A DNA stretch of 62,902 nucleotides, the filler included, from Phoronis australis (Eukaryota; Animalia; Phoronida), in the NCBI GenBank assembly GCA_002633005.1. It is 6 parts of 6 records of this genome, joined end to end, with 100 filler letters (N's around TTAATTAATTAA, not from the genome) between each part and the next. Parts side by side here need not be neighbours in the genome. Positions count along the whole stretch, not along the records: positions 1 to 7,605 come from NMRA01000002.1; positions 7,706 to 39,682 come from NMRA01000058.1; 4 more parts are not named here. One strand, written 5' to 3'. Below the pieces are notes generated by a model. The model searched no databases and was not told where the DNA came from. It saw nothing but the letters and a program-made list of their open reading frames with translations. The position numbers and the translations under genes are program-made. Shown one piece after another: positions 1 to 12,900 of the stretch; the first letter of the stretch is position 1; every line of letters starts with the position of its first letter.

Positions 1-78
1 ACACTAAACTAGATGTCATATTGTCACACAACTATGTACTGGTTGGTTGAGTTAATAAATATCTCTGGAAAAAAAAAC
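1..78 (+). mobile_element. 3' UTR end and A-tail of an L1/Tx1 LINE, same family as 17578-20641, cut by the window edge
   Basis: 1-67 matches 20558-20624 (acactaaactagatgtcatattgtcacacaactatgtactggttggttgagttaataaatatctctg), including AATAAA, and is followed by an A run. Confidence 0.9.
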
Positions 79-879
79 ATGTGAAAAATAAGAATTCTTC
101 AATGCACTGATTTCTAACAGCAAAACTATATATGTTACACATTATTTTCACCTGCAGCAAAAGAATAAATAATTAGTTACAAAGTTCGATACTATTGGAA
201 TAATTTATGTTCTAAAGCAGAAAAAGCTCTCGGACGTTTCAAACGTTTTAACAAAAGAAATTCACATAATTAATATGTTTAACCTTTACAGGTGTTCTAT
301 TGCACAATGTTTTTATTCATTGGAACGTCATTTCCACACAAAGAATTTTGCCAATTAATGTAGTGTGGTGAATATATAGTAGCATTTAGACTTAATTGTT
401 TAATATTAAAGTCTGATGGATTCATGTCAAACAGAGTTGCTCAAGATAATAGGCACCACTTTTAGGCTTACACTCATTTTCAGTGCTTGAAAATGCAAGG
501 GTGATTTTATGTGTATTCATTTGCATTTTAAAAAGGACAGGTGTCTGTGAAGAGTTTTTTTCTTAGATTTATAATAACATTTTGTTTCTGCTAAAAGTTG
601 ACATTGCAGGTGTTTTATGCGTTAACCCAATAAGAGACTACCGTAGTCGTTTTAGTTTACTTCTGTTGTTGGACCAGTGTTATTTTGCCGTTTGACGAAT
701 CTTGAGGTTTACACCAACCCCATCTTGTACACTGAAATTAAATTAATTCAAATTGTATTTGGCATAGTGAAATTTTAATTGATTGAATTGTAGCTTAGTA
801 AATAGCTACTGAATTCTTGTGAGCTTGCGGTGTTGTAGGTTTTGTACCAACGTCTCATGCTCGTCTGTTTTTTCCGCAG

Positions 880-1069
880 GTTTTGTGTGGGAGATAAGTT
901 CTATTTATGTGACAATAAAATTCTGTGCGAGTACGACTACGAAGAGAGACTGCAGTTTGCCAGCCTGGCTTACAACTATAATGCTTTGTCGCATATCAAA
1001 AGGCACACGCAGAGTATCGGTGAGGAGGTCACAAACGGTTACAACAGCAGTCCACAGCCAATTGCATAA
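880..1069 (+). CDS. LMO: Terminal coding exon of a LIM-only protein (LMO1/3, Drosophila Beadex-like), end of the second LIM domain; copy 1
   Basis: Pyrimidine tract and acceptor ttttttccgcag|G at 879/880. Translates (R)FCVGDKFYLCDNKILCEYDYEERLQFAS...PQPIA*, matching the Beadex/LMO FCVGDxF..ILCxxDYEE motif. TAA at 1067-1069. Confidence 0.9.
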
Positions 1070-1217
1070 ACAGGTGACTCGCCAAGCATGTGCTCGGGTT
1101 TTGACTGTGCCATAACATTACCCATGGATTTTTGAAGAGTCTCATAGGAGCTGTGAGTCTGCAAATTGATTGCTATATTGTGCNCCAACGTCTCATGCTC
1201 GTCTGTTTTTTCCGCAG

Positions 1218-1407
1218 GTTTTGTGTGGGAGATAAGTTCTATTTATGTGACAATAAAATTCTGTGCGAGTACGACTACGAAGAGAGACTGCAGTTTGCCA
1301 GCCTGGCTTACAACTATAATGCTTTGTCGCATATCAAAAGGCACACGCAGAGTATCGGTGAGGAGGTCACAAACGGTTACAGCAGCAGTCCACAGCCAAT
1401 TGCATAA
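1218..1407 (+). CDS. LMO: Second near-identical copy of the LMO terminal exon (probably the other allele assembled in tandem)
   Basis: 847-1183 is repeated at 1185-1521 (offset 338), joined by a single N at 1184. Two differences seen: an AAC/AGC codon and ggattttt/ggattgtt in the UTR. Confidence 0.75.
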
Positions 1408-3728
1408 ACAGGTGACTCGCCAAGCATGTGCTCGGGTTTTGACTGTGCCATAACATTACCCATGGATTGTTGAAGAGTCTCATAGGAGCTGTGAGTCTGC
1501 AAATTGATTGCTATATTGTGCTGATGTTTTGGAAAAATGTATTATACGTTCCTGCACCATGCTGAGTGGCTGCGATTCACCTACACTGCGCCCTCTATTG
1601 TCAATGCCGAGAACCTTCTAAGGGGTCTCTTAATTTTCTTCACTGACAATAGGGTGTACAACCCAGTCTCTGGATTTGCGTGTACAAGTATCGAGTGGAA
1701 GATATACCAAGGTATTTGAAGGGAGCGCCCTCTGGCATTGGATGATTTGGTGGCGAATGTGGAAATATTTGTGCTCTGAGTAGCAATGCTATGAAGGGAG
1801 AATGTCAGCTGAGGAAACATAATTAAACGATGTTTGCGAAAACACGATGTTGGAACTGTGTCTCTACAGTTTGGTGCCGCAGTCATTGTGCAGTAGGAGT
1901 AAATTGTAATGAACTTTACAAGCTGGAGTTCTAAAAAGTTTAATTGTAATTGAAACTTAGTGTAATGTGGTAGAAGTGTGGATTGAACGATGGACACGTT
2001 TACGTTGTGTTTTGTTACAGAGGATTTACAACGTTTCTGAACACATGTCTTTAATTGTGCAGATTTCTTACTTCTTATGTTGAAGAGTTTCATCTGAAAA
2101 CGAGATATCTACCAAATTCAAAATTTTAGAAGCACCTACCATACCGGAACATCGTCATTTTTTCAGCATAACCCAATATATTCTACAGTAATGCTCCAAA
2201 ATATGCCATTTTTCTGAAATGCAATATACCCCAGTGGCTTTGAATTTCAAATTTGGCAGATATCTCATTTTGCGACGAAACTGTTCATTTCTTCGTGCAG
2301 TATAATTGTTGACTCTGTTATGAGGCATAATAATATTTGTTTCACCATAAAAGCATTGTTGTATCTCCAATGCTGTTATTGTGAGGACAAGTTTGTGATC
2401 ATTTGCCAATGTAGGATATGAAAGGCTTGTCATAAGCCGCTTTTCTGGTAATTAGCTGCCAGTGCAGTTACATTCATGAATATATTTTGTTTCATTTTCG
2501 TCTTATGGCAAATGGAAGTTCCTTTGTGATGTCATAGGAGAACAGAGTTATGGGCAGAAAGGAGGTTTGATTTGCTGACCATTTGTACTTGGCTCTCTGA
2601 ATACAATCCAGGTGGTACTGACGAAACGTGAATGAATGATTCGAATAATGCTATCGTTGCTTTAACATTTAAGCTAATTATTCCTTATTTGAGGCTCTTT
2701 CCGTTACAAACCATTATCACAATGCTGGTTCCTGAACCTTTAGTCCTATAATTGTGTGGTTTGCTTTGGAGGTTTGAGGATGCCATCCAGCATTGGCTGT
2801 GAACTTAGTTATCTGCTTTTTCAGAAGTTGAGTTGCTAACAGTATATTGATGTGCACATAGCCATTTTCTGATACAAGTGACATGATGAAATACCCCTTG
2901 TCAATAGATGGCGCTAGGACAGCATTGTGTGTTATTGTTGAGGGATCTAATGCAGTAAGATATTTTCCGGCGTTTTTTTTTTTGTAAATTCTTTGCAACA
3001 ATCATGTCGTCACGTTACCGTTGTTGTGCTATGGAATTTTCTTCAAACAACTCACACAAAAATTCCATCTCAAATGGCGGGGGATGGAAGAAATTGCGTG
3101 TGGTCCCTGTCAACACTGTCAGTCCATCTTGCACATCAGAATCAGAAATTGCAAAACGCTAAAGAGTTGTATGTTGAATGGTTCCTGTTGTTATTTGATG
3201 ACCTCATTTGGAGCTTTGTCCTTCTCCGCATGGGTCGGTAGAATCTCAGCACCTGCACCTTTGCTTGAATTTGTTTGCTGTGTACAATACAGTTACAGTA
3301 CAAGACAAAAGAAGTCAGACAAAATATCGGTTCCCAGTCACGAAGGCTAATTCTTTCAACTGCAAGAATGACTCCCGGTAACTCTTAAGGTGGCAAAATT
3401 CTAATTACAGAATAATTTAGCCACCTTACTAACTTCATTTTTATTCCCCTTCATTCTGTGTCTGGAGGAAATGCTGCTATGGTGATGAATGTGACTTCTG
3501 TCAGTCATGGGTCACGTCAGGTTGTTTTGTCTGAATAATTTTGGCTTGCACTGTATGAATCGAGGTAAAGATAAACCGTAACTTAATCACAACCTTTTTT
3601 GTCAAGGTTGAAGACACTTTTTCTTTGTTTTCGCCAATTTAGAACACAGAATGTTACTTCAGTTGAAAAGAATACTTTGTGATATTTCTGTAATTACAGT
3701 TCTGTATATATTTGTATTTCTTAGCTAT

Positions 3729-4534
3729 NNNNNNNNNNNNNNNNNNNNNNNNNNNNNNNNNNNNNNNNNNNNNNNNNNNNNNNNNNNNNNNNNNNNNNNN
3801 NNNNNNNNNNNNNNNNNNNNNNNNNNNNNNNNNNNNNNNNNNNNNNNNNNNNNNNNNNNNNNNNNNNNNNNNNNNNNNNNNNNNNNNNNNNNNNNNNNNN
3901 NNNNNNNNNNNNNNNNNNNNNNNNNNNNNNNNNNNNNNNNNNNNNNNNNNNNNNNNNNNNNNNNNNNNNNNNNNNNNNNNNNNNNNNNNNNNNNNNNNNN
4001 NNNNNNNNNNNNNNNNNNNNNNNNNNNNNNNNNNNNNNNNNNNNNNNNNNNNNNNNNNNNNNNNNNNNNNNNNNNNNNNNNNNNNNNNNNNNNNNNNNNN
4101 NNNNNNNNNNNNNNNNNNNNNNNNNNNNNNNNNNNNNNNNNNNNNNNNNNNNNNNNNNNNNNNNNNNNNNNNNNNNNNNNNNNNNNNNNNNNNNNNNNNN
4201 NNNNNNNNNNNNNNNNNNNNNNNNNNNNNNNNNNNNNNNNNNNNNNNNNNNNNNNNNNNNNNNNNNNNNNNNNNNNNNNNNNNNNNNNNNNNNNNNNNNN
4301 NNNNNNNNNNNNNNNNNNNNNNNNNNNNNNNNNNNNNNNNNNNNNNNNNNNNNNNNNNNNNNNNNNNNNNNNNNNNNNNNNNNNNNNNNNNNNNNNNNNN
4401 NNNNNNNNNNNNNNNNNNNNNNNNNNNNNNNNNNNNNNNNNNNNNNNNNNNNNNNNNNNNNNNNNNNNNNNNNNNNNNNNNNNNNNNNNNNNNNNNNNNN
4501 NNNNNNNNNNNNNNNNNNNNNNNNNNNNNNNNNN
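3729..4534. other. Assembly gap (N run)
   Basis: Continuous Ns. Confidence 1.
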
Positions 4535-7500
4535 CGCCCCTTCGGAACAGTTACCAGTAGCGCAGGGCCCGAACCCTTAGTGCTCCGGTACATGGTTGTC
4601 ACGACAGTTTGGTTGTCTTTATACTGCCCCGTCGGGACAGTTTTTACCAGTTGAGCAGGGCCAGGACCCTTAAGTGCTCCTGGAATAGGTTTGTCACGGA
4701 AATGCGGCTTAACGTAGCTTCGCGGAGTGACTGCAGCCTGTCGGAGACTAAGAAAAATAGGGTCAAAAAAGTGCAAACTCGGCCCGGGCACATTTCACCC
4801 CACTCAGTGCCAAAAACACCACTTCCGTCCCTGCCGATGCACAACTAAAACCAACAATAGATTCTGAAAGCAAATTTCCAACAGATTCCGTAAATGTGGT
4901 CCAAGCACTCAACCAACTAGTTTTTTTTTTTTGGCAATTCTGGCTTGTTTGAGGGCTACCTAAAATCGTCGCAGCCAATTTTTCAGTCGCTGTGACCCCC
5001 GGCAGCAATGCACAAGTGCAATCGGGCCGCCATCTTGAAGAAGAGTACAGCTACAGCTTAGAAAGTGGCATTTTTTTTATTCTCAGCATGTTCACAAATA
5101 CCGAAACCACACTCACTGAGCCTACATGCAATGCCCACCTACAAAATGTCCCCAAACTTGGCCTACCCCAAAATTTTAATATTTTGGGGGTGCAAATTGC
5201 CCGCGGCCGCAGCCTAACTATTCATAACCATTGTTGTCTCAACAGACAAAAGACTGTGCTTGGAAGTTAACAAAGAAATTAGTTATCACACGCTTGGAAC
5301 CCCTTCGTCTGGTAATTGAAGTCCGACTGAACGCGGGGAAAACCGTCTGTACGTAATGTGCCCCACGCCCACGTTTGGGGAACAGGGAGCTTTGGTAGAA
5401 ATAATGATGTTCGGGCCCGTTTCGGGCCTTTGTTTCTTAAAATAGTTAGGGGCAGCTTTCAAAATGAGTCCGGCGCAGACCAAACTTTGTGACCAAAGTA
5501 CGAACATCGGCCGTCGGTAATACCGATGGCCTTTACTAATGCCTGGCCGCAAAAGCGCATTGATCATGTAGTTTTCACGACACCTAGGGTCAAGGCAGGG
5601 AACCAGCGGGCTCTCCGGTGAGTGAAAGTACAAAAACAGTAATTTTCTGATTTTTTGTCGAGCTCCAATATTCGTCGAAGAAATTCACTGTTGGTTGGGT
5701 AACGAATTCGCATAATGGCGGAGCTGAGACACCGGAAAACCGAAGAAAACAAAGAGGTAGATCACTTTCAGACATTAAAATCATCCATTCGCTGCAAAGC
5801 GTCGAGTGAGCGGTGCTTGACCAGATAAAGTCAGACGTCAACAAAAATCCTTGACAAATGGCAATGCTGAAATGCCATTGACATTGACGTCATTGTGCCT
5901 TGTGTTGTGGCACAGTACTCAGGAGACATAGACTGGTAGATCGTAGGTGTACACTTTGACTTAGGCCTACAAGTTATAATAGCCTACCGACCTTAATGAC
6001 TTGATCAGCTGTTGTACTTATTACGATACACGAATGCACTTCAATTAGCGAGGACAGCATTTTTCAAAAATATTTGAAAATGTGCATGTAATATACATCA
6101 CGAGAAAGCTCTCTACGAGACTAAAAGAACGGTGCAAAAAATTTTTAAATCGGACTTACGGTTCCTGAGAAAATGGTGTTTTTGTGTCAATTTTTTTGGT
6201 AAAAATTCTGTCAAATCAAATTTGTGAGTTTGAAATATTATGNATAAGCACTAACGATGAGAGGGCGCTGCACACGCAGGATAGAAAACTTCCGGTTTTA
6301 CGGAGCGGTCGTTTCCTCGTTTCACGCTTTGGTAAAGTAATGAGTCGAATTGCTTGATTTTTTGGAGTTTTTAAGACTTGTAAAATAAAATGCTTATACT
6401 GTTCTCTTTCATGTCATTTAAAACATTCACAAGATAATTCAGACATGTTATGAGTTATTAACGCCAGAAACGTCTTCAGCTGATTTTCCCGTGTTTATCA
6501 TTTACACTTACACAGTCGCATCAGCTGATTTTTTTGTTGCAATTAGTATTGATGTTTGTTTAAATTGAGTACTGTACAAATCAACTCATAATCATGAGCA
6601 CAAGTATTAACCAACAAAAATGAATTTATAACAATGTTTCACAATAAATATTTGTAATTCAAATACAGTTTGTTCCAGGGGGAAGGGCCAAGGGCTAACT
6701 GACATTGACATATCATTTGCAAAACTTGAGTGCCAAAAACTTGTGTGTCAAAAACTTGCTGTCACTTCTATCATAGGCCAAAAGTACATTGTAAGGCAAC
6801 TTCTAAACATAGCTACGATTATGCAGAATTGGTTAGATACATGACACTTGTTGCTGTTAACAATCTTTATTCCATTCCATTCGTATCGTAAAGAAAATGA
6901 CCAAGAGACAAACGATATTTCGAAAATACTTGTTTCATCAAGTGGAAATAAAATGACACAGTAATACCACCACAGAGCAAAAGCTAGTCAAATATGCAAT
7001 GGTACACAGCAGGTGTGAAATACTGCAAAGACTGACAAATGGAGGGGTAATAAGAATGTGGCGCAAACGAGTACAGCATGACCCTGCTTGCTGCTCATTC
7101 AAAACGGGCTTCGTGAATGTAATCAAAAGAGACTCTCAATATTTTCATTAGCTGCCCATCATGCTCTCCATGTCGACTGAGTTGACGTATTCTCCAGTTT
7201 CTTGACGAGTGATACTTATGATTACGAAGGTGGGCATGCTCTTTAAGACCTAATGTCTATTTCTCTCTTTCACTGTCTGAATATCCTCTAAATGTCACAA
7301 ATACATAGAATATCTATAAAGTAATGTGGAACGAAGAGTTGTATCTGGAACGTGATTTTGTGAAAGTGAACTCTTCCCCCAGGACTCTTCCATGGCTTTT
7401 TAACAAAAAAACTGAGTTAATTTTCAGTATTGCATTGAGCGTGATTGTTTAATTGCCACAACAGAATCATTTCCACTACTGAGTAGCGGAGTTAACCAGT

Positions 7501-7605
7501 GAATTGAAGAAGTCAAAATCTGGAAGGATCAGTTTGCACTGTAATTTTCTTTAGGGTTTTGTGACGCCAACAGATATTCAATGTTCGAAAGGAAACTTGT
7601 ATAGT

Positions 7606-7705
7606 NNNNNNNNNNNNNNNNNNNNNNNNNNNNNNNNNNNNNNNNNNNNTTAATTAATTAANNNNNNNNNNNNNNNNNNNNNNNNNNNNNNNNNNNNNNN
7701 NNNNN
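7606..7705. other. Artificial contig spacer N44-TTAATTAATTAA-N44
   Basis: Identical 100-nt structure also at 39683-39782, 51866-51965, 55280-55379 and 60237-60336. The 12-mer has stops in all six frames. Confidence 0.97.
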
Positions 7706-8003
7706 CAGTGCAGGCCAGGGGAGGCCAGTGGAGGCCAGTGGAGGCCAGTGAAGCCAGTGGAGGCCAGTGGAAACCAGTGGAGGCCAGTGGAGGTCAGTGG
7801 AAGCCAGTCTGCTGGCCTCCGCTAGCCTCCGCTGGCATCCTCTGGCCTGCACTGGCCTCCAATGGCGTCCAATGGCCTCCGCTGGCCTCCGATAGCCTCC
7901 GCTGTCGTACGCTGGCCTCCGCTGACCTCCGCTGGCCTCCACTGGCCTCCACTGTCCTCCAACGGCCTCCACTGGCCTGCACTGGCCTTCACTGGCGTCC
8001 ACT
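7706..8003. repeat. 10-bp minisatellite (GAGGCCAGTG)n that switches to its reverse complement (CACTGGCCTC/CGCTGGCCTC)n near 7810
   Basis: Read directly: gaggccagtg units at 7706-7808, then ctggcctcc(a/g) units at 7812-8003. Confidence 0.92.
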
Positions 8004-8009
8004 GAGATA

Positions 8010-9990
8010 CTAGGGACTGTATCCTGGCCTGCCGTAAGACCCCGCTGTATGCTTACCTTGGTTATATTTTCTAAGCACCTTTGAGAAAGCGACACAAATG
8101 GCCAATAATCGGCCATTTTCGTGGGACTTGAGAAATTTTTCAACGCAACGTTTCTGAAACCGACACAAATGGCCAATAATCGACGCATTTTCTCGGAGCT
8201 TAGAAAATTTCGCACATACGCAGGGAAAGACCTGCAGAGGGACTGCAGCCCTGCATGAACGGCCTCGGCCTTGGCAAGTCTCTTCGCACATGAGTTAGAA
8301 AATTTACTAAATCCCAAGAAATGTGTCGTTTATTGGCCATTTGTGACGCTTTCGTAAATAAGGAGCCTTGAAAACATGAGGTTAGCAAACGTAGCGGGGT
8401 CGATCAGCAGGCAGGGATGTTCCGGCTATCTGTGAAAAGTCCCCAGACGACGGTTCACGGGGTCAAGTCGGCCTGCGGGATCTGCGCTGGCCGAGGCCGA
8501 AGGGCTGCAGTCCCCTTGCAGATCTGCCCCTGCGTATGAACGAAATCTTCTAAGTACCTAGAAACGTGTCGATTATTGGCTATTTGTGTCGCTTGGCAGA
8601 AACGTTGCGTTGAAAAATTATCGAAGTCCCCTGAATTAAATGTGTCGTTTATTGGCCATTTGTGTCGCTTTGGCTATCTCCGAAAAGTCCCCAGACAGCG
8701 GTCCACGGCTGTCAAGTCCCGTGGCCTGCGGGGTCTGCGCTGCATGCCGAGGTGCAGAGCGCAGCAGCCAGGTCTCTCCCTGCGTATGGCGAAATTTTAT
8801 GTCCCGAGAAATGTGTCGATTATTGGTCATTTGTGTCGCTTTCTCAAACCCCCTGCTTTGAAAATGAAAGTAAAGCAAAGCAAACGTAGCGGAGTCGATC
8901 GGCAGGCCGGTCACAGCCATGTCCCAACTACCCGAGAAAATTCCCCAGACGGTGGTCTAGGCGGTCATGTCCGGCAACCTGCGGGGTCTGCGCTGCCGAG
9001 GCCGGAGCGCGGCTACAGCTCTGTCCCCTGTGTATATGTGCGTAATTTTCTAAGTTCCGAGAAAATGTGTCGATTATATGGCCATAAGTTGTGTCCGTTT
9101 CTGACTCAAAAAACGTTGCGTTGAAAAATTTTCTAAGTCCTACGAAATGTGTCGATTATTGGCTATTTGTGTCGCTTTCTCAAGGAGTCTTGAAAATATA
9201 ACAAAGGTAAGCATACAGCGGGGTCGATCGGCACGCCGGGATACAGTCCCTAGTCGTGTCCCGGATATGCTGTGAAAACTCCCCAGACGGCGGTCCACGC
9301 GGTCAAGTCCGGCAGCTTGCGGGGTCTGCGCTGCCGGGCGGAGGCCGGAGCGCGGCTGCAGGCGTCCCCTGTGCATATGTGCGAAATTTTCTCTAAGTTC
9401 CTAGAAAATGTGTCGATTTTTGACCATTTGTGTCGCTGTCAAAACGTTGTGTTTAAAATGCAACAAATTAAAGTAAACGTAGCCGGGGGGTACGTCCCGA
9501 GTGGCGGGCCGGTGTACAGTACGTCCCTCGTCTCCCGGCTATCTATAAAAAGTCTTCAGACGGCGGTCCATGTGGTCAAGTCCGGAAACTTGCGGGCGGG
9601 CCGGTCTGCGCTGCCGAGGCCGGAGCGCAGCTGCTGCAATGGCAGGTCTTTCCCTTGCGTAATGAATGTGCGAAATTTTCTATGTTCCGAGAAAATGTGT
9701 CGATTATTGGCCATTTGTGTCGCTTTCTCAAGGAGTCTTGAAAATATCAAAGGTAAGCATAGCGGGGTCGATCGGCGGGCCGGTATACAGTCCCTAGTCG
9801 TGTCCCGGCTATCTGCGAAAACTCCCCAGACGGCGGTCCACGCTGTTAAGCCCGACATCCTGCGGGGTCTGCGGTGCCGAAGGTGCAGCGCTGCAGGTCT
9901 GTCCCTGCGTAAGTGCAAAATTTTCTAACCCCAAGAAATGTGTCGATTTTGTGTCACTTTCGGGAACGTTGAGTTGAAAAATTTTGCGAG
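8010..9990. repeat. GC-rich complex satellite with ~250-330 bp units; first unit inverted
   Basis: Recurrent AAATGTGTCGATTATTGGCCATTTGTGTCGCTTTC (e.g. ~8319, 8809, 9144, 9406, 9693, 9937) alternating with GCGGGGTCTGCGCTGCCGAGGCCGGAGCGC blocks. 8020-8290 carries the reverse complement (GCGACACAAATGGCCAATAATCG). Confidence 0.88.
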
Positions 9991-12900
9991 TACAAAGAAA
10001 TGTGTATATGACTATCGGCGCCGGAGCGCGGAAGCACGGTAGCCTGGCCAGTGGAAGACAGGGGGCGCACGTCCGCACTGGCCAGTCAGCCAGGTGCGCA
10101 CGGGTACGATCTCATTGGCGGAGCGGAGCCGGGACAGATTTGAGGTTTGCGGACTTTTGTTTCTCCGAGCATCATTAGGAAGTTTCCGCGGGTTTTGGTC
10201 GCGAAACGAAATGTGTGGATTTCACCCTCAATAATCGACACATTTTAATTAGTGCGCGTTTTCACGATACCCTATATCGTTCCACTGATGCAAATTAATC
10301 AGAAATTGGTGCTTTCTGTATACTTATTGTAGGGTTTAAGGTCTTGATACTCATATCTTGTTAAAAGGATTTATGTTTAGATATAGTGATTGACGTTAGC
10401 CATTTTCTAAAACGGCTCCACTCCTTTTCTTTAGGGATGGGAGGAATGTAGTACGGTAAAGTCGCGCGATTTTCGGACGGCCCGCCATTTTCGACCAAGA
10501 ATAAATATTTCCGAAATAAGTTTTTCATAGTCCACGAAATTCGTACAAGGTCCAAAAACTGTTTTTCAATGATCTTCGAATGTCGGACCAAATGTCATAA
10601 ACGTAGTCGGATTTTTGTCCGCGACTTTCGGACAAGGAAAATTTTAGAAACGCTAATTTGGGATCGACGCAACTCCGGTGTCACTAAAGCGTTCAGCGGA
10701 TGATTACTACTCTATAAGGCTTGAATCCGAGAATCGGTGTAACGGGCCTTGTCATTTTTACCTTGTCTTGACGATGTCACGACCGATACTCGATTGTCTT
10801 GCGTTTAGTATTTGGCGCTTTAGCTGTGAAAAGAATCCCCGCGTCCCGTATGACGAAAATTTCTATTGAAAATACAAATGGGAAATACACCGAAGGCTGC
10901 AGTTTTTCGTTGTAGCGTAACATGTGCTCTGGTTTAATTAGACCCGGCGTGCTGTTCGACTTGGCTTGCAACTGTGACATTGAACTTGCACGCCTGACGT
11001 CAACTTGCGTGTTTACGAAACGTTTTTATTTTTAGAACCTCCTGGCTAAAATCTCCCGACGACGTGTCCGGATTTCATCCTTGACGCGATGAGAAATATT
11101 TTTTGTTTAGGCCCCCATACACAATAGGCTACAGCCAAGTCTGTCCGAGGGATATCGTGCGTTCAAAGTAGTGTAGATAGTGAACAGCATCAGCCGAATG
11201 AGACGGAGCCAAAGTAAAGCTGGTTAAAAATCAAACATATTGCAAGGCCCAGCACTCAGAAAGGCGCGCGGCGCACACGCAATTGTTACAGAGACATTGC
11301 ATCCCTGCCCTATGTTGTGTAAGTGCCGGTGTGCTATAACACATATCAAAAACTAATGTACATCCACGTAACCGCGTTTCACTACCCTTACAAATTCTCT
11401 GTTGCTCTCTGATAAGCATCGCAGATGCAAGAATCTCGCTAAAGAGAGAAGATAGTGTGATCGTGTGCTTCGCTTGCAATGCCTCACCATACGTCTCGAA
11501 ATCTTCAGTCCAGCGTGCTCGTGAGAGATTCTCACCCTTGCGCCCCTGGACGCAGACTAAGGTAGAGTTCAGTAGCTGTATTGGGAAATACAAAAATCTA
11601 GCCAAAATCACGCTTTCAATTAAAATACACAGTACATCACGTAATTTCATGAATTCTTGCTTTTTAGCGAAGTCCTAGCGTTACGAGCTTTACCGCTATG
11701 TAAACCTAAAAAAGATTGAACTTGCGGCGACCCAATTTTGCTTACTCATCCACTGGTCTGTGTACTTGTGGTCTTGTTAATTCACTCCCTGTACCGTCTG
11801 AGGTACGACACCCTGGACTCCATGGTGTCCAGAGATTAAGATGAATCCCGACAAGGACACCGGGACCCTGTGGCACTCTCTGTTATTGGCGACTAAGAAA
11901 ATCCTCCACCAATCATTTCGAAAAATGACAAGTCAGTTGAATCGGATTTGGTAGTTGTTGCTTCTTGTGGTCCTAGGGGTAGACTAACAAGAATACAGGA
12001 CCTGGAGTCCAATGCAACGGGCCTGGAACCTGATAAGTGTTTCCGGCCCGGAGTTCCATATCTTCTTTCCCGGCACAGGACCTTGTCTCCTTGTCCATGT
12101 CACCGCCTTCAGTTGATAGTTTTGAGACAAAAAGAAACGTGATCTTAAACTACAGACCATGCTTTTTGTATTACTTAAGATAGTTTTAGAGGCATTTCAG
12201 CTGTAAGTGTGTTTAATTGTGTTTGATTCGAAAGAGATAACTGTTACATTGCTAATTATTATTCTATTTTTCCCCGAGGTGATGCCTTACTTGCAGCAAG
12301 GGTAAATAATTTTGGGAAGTATTACTAGCGATTTCCGTATATAAGTACGGGAAACCAAACGTCTACCAGGGCCTACACTCAGCAATGCCGAATATACGAA
12401 CACAGTATAAATACTGCAGCTCACCCTAATTATATCCTAGTGGGAATAGCATTATTTTTAGATTTCAAGCACGCATTTTTATTCTCAGATATGCTTCCCA
12501 GGTATGTTTTATGGAAAATTTAAGATACGCAAATTGGCCATATATTCTGCTGGACAGAAATCTACGGTGGATCTTCTTAAACCTGTAAACCATGAAACTT
12601 TTATTGAGACAGTTTTGTTCTACGAACATGTTCAACTAACATTCCGTTCATGCAAGTCGGTCAGTACGTTCGCGTTTAAGGCGTTATTGCAACAGGTAAG
12701 TGTTTATTTTGTTATGTATTCCTCTCTTCAGATAGTCACTGTTATTCTTCAACAACATTTCTGTACTTATAATGAGACTTCAGTAAACTCTCGACTGTTC
12801 ATATTTTAAATGTTAGCAGAAGCGTGTGTAGTGTCCATCAGCAGAGACCTGTGGGAAGAACTATTTTCCAGTAAATATATGACGCAATGAAATAAAACGG

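Noticed and set aside
4537-4683. Imperfect ~55-bp direct repeat (gcccc.tcgg.acagtt..accagt..gcagggcc..accctt.agtgctcc) next to the gap
   Set aside because: Probably subterminal repeats of a transposon, but no terminus or TSD is visible to classify it.
3651-4791. Long ORFs spanning N runs (also 23341-24156)
   Set aside because: They are open only because Ns contain no stops.
7658-10178. Many 60-220 aa ORFs and a CRISPR-like look in the GC-rich repeat
   Set aside because: The ORFs are repeat translations; inter-repeat segments resemble each other and vary in length; no cas genes; eukaryotic context.
10452-10640. TA|CGGTAAAGTCGCGCGATTTTCGGAC, a possible Tc1/pogo-type left end (similar lone TA|CCGTA end at ~39623)
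   Set aside because: No convincing matching right TIR found.
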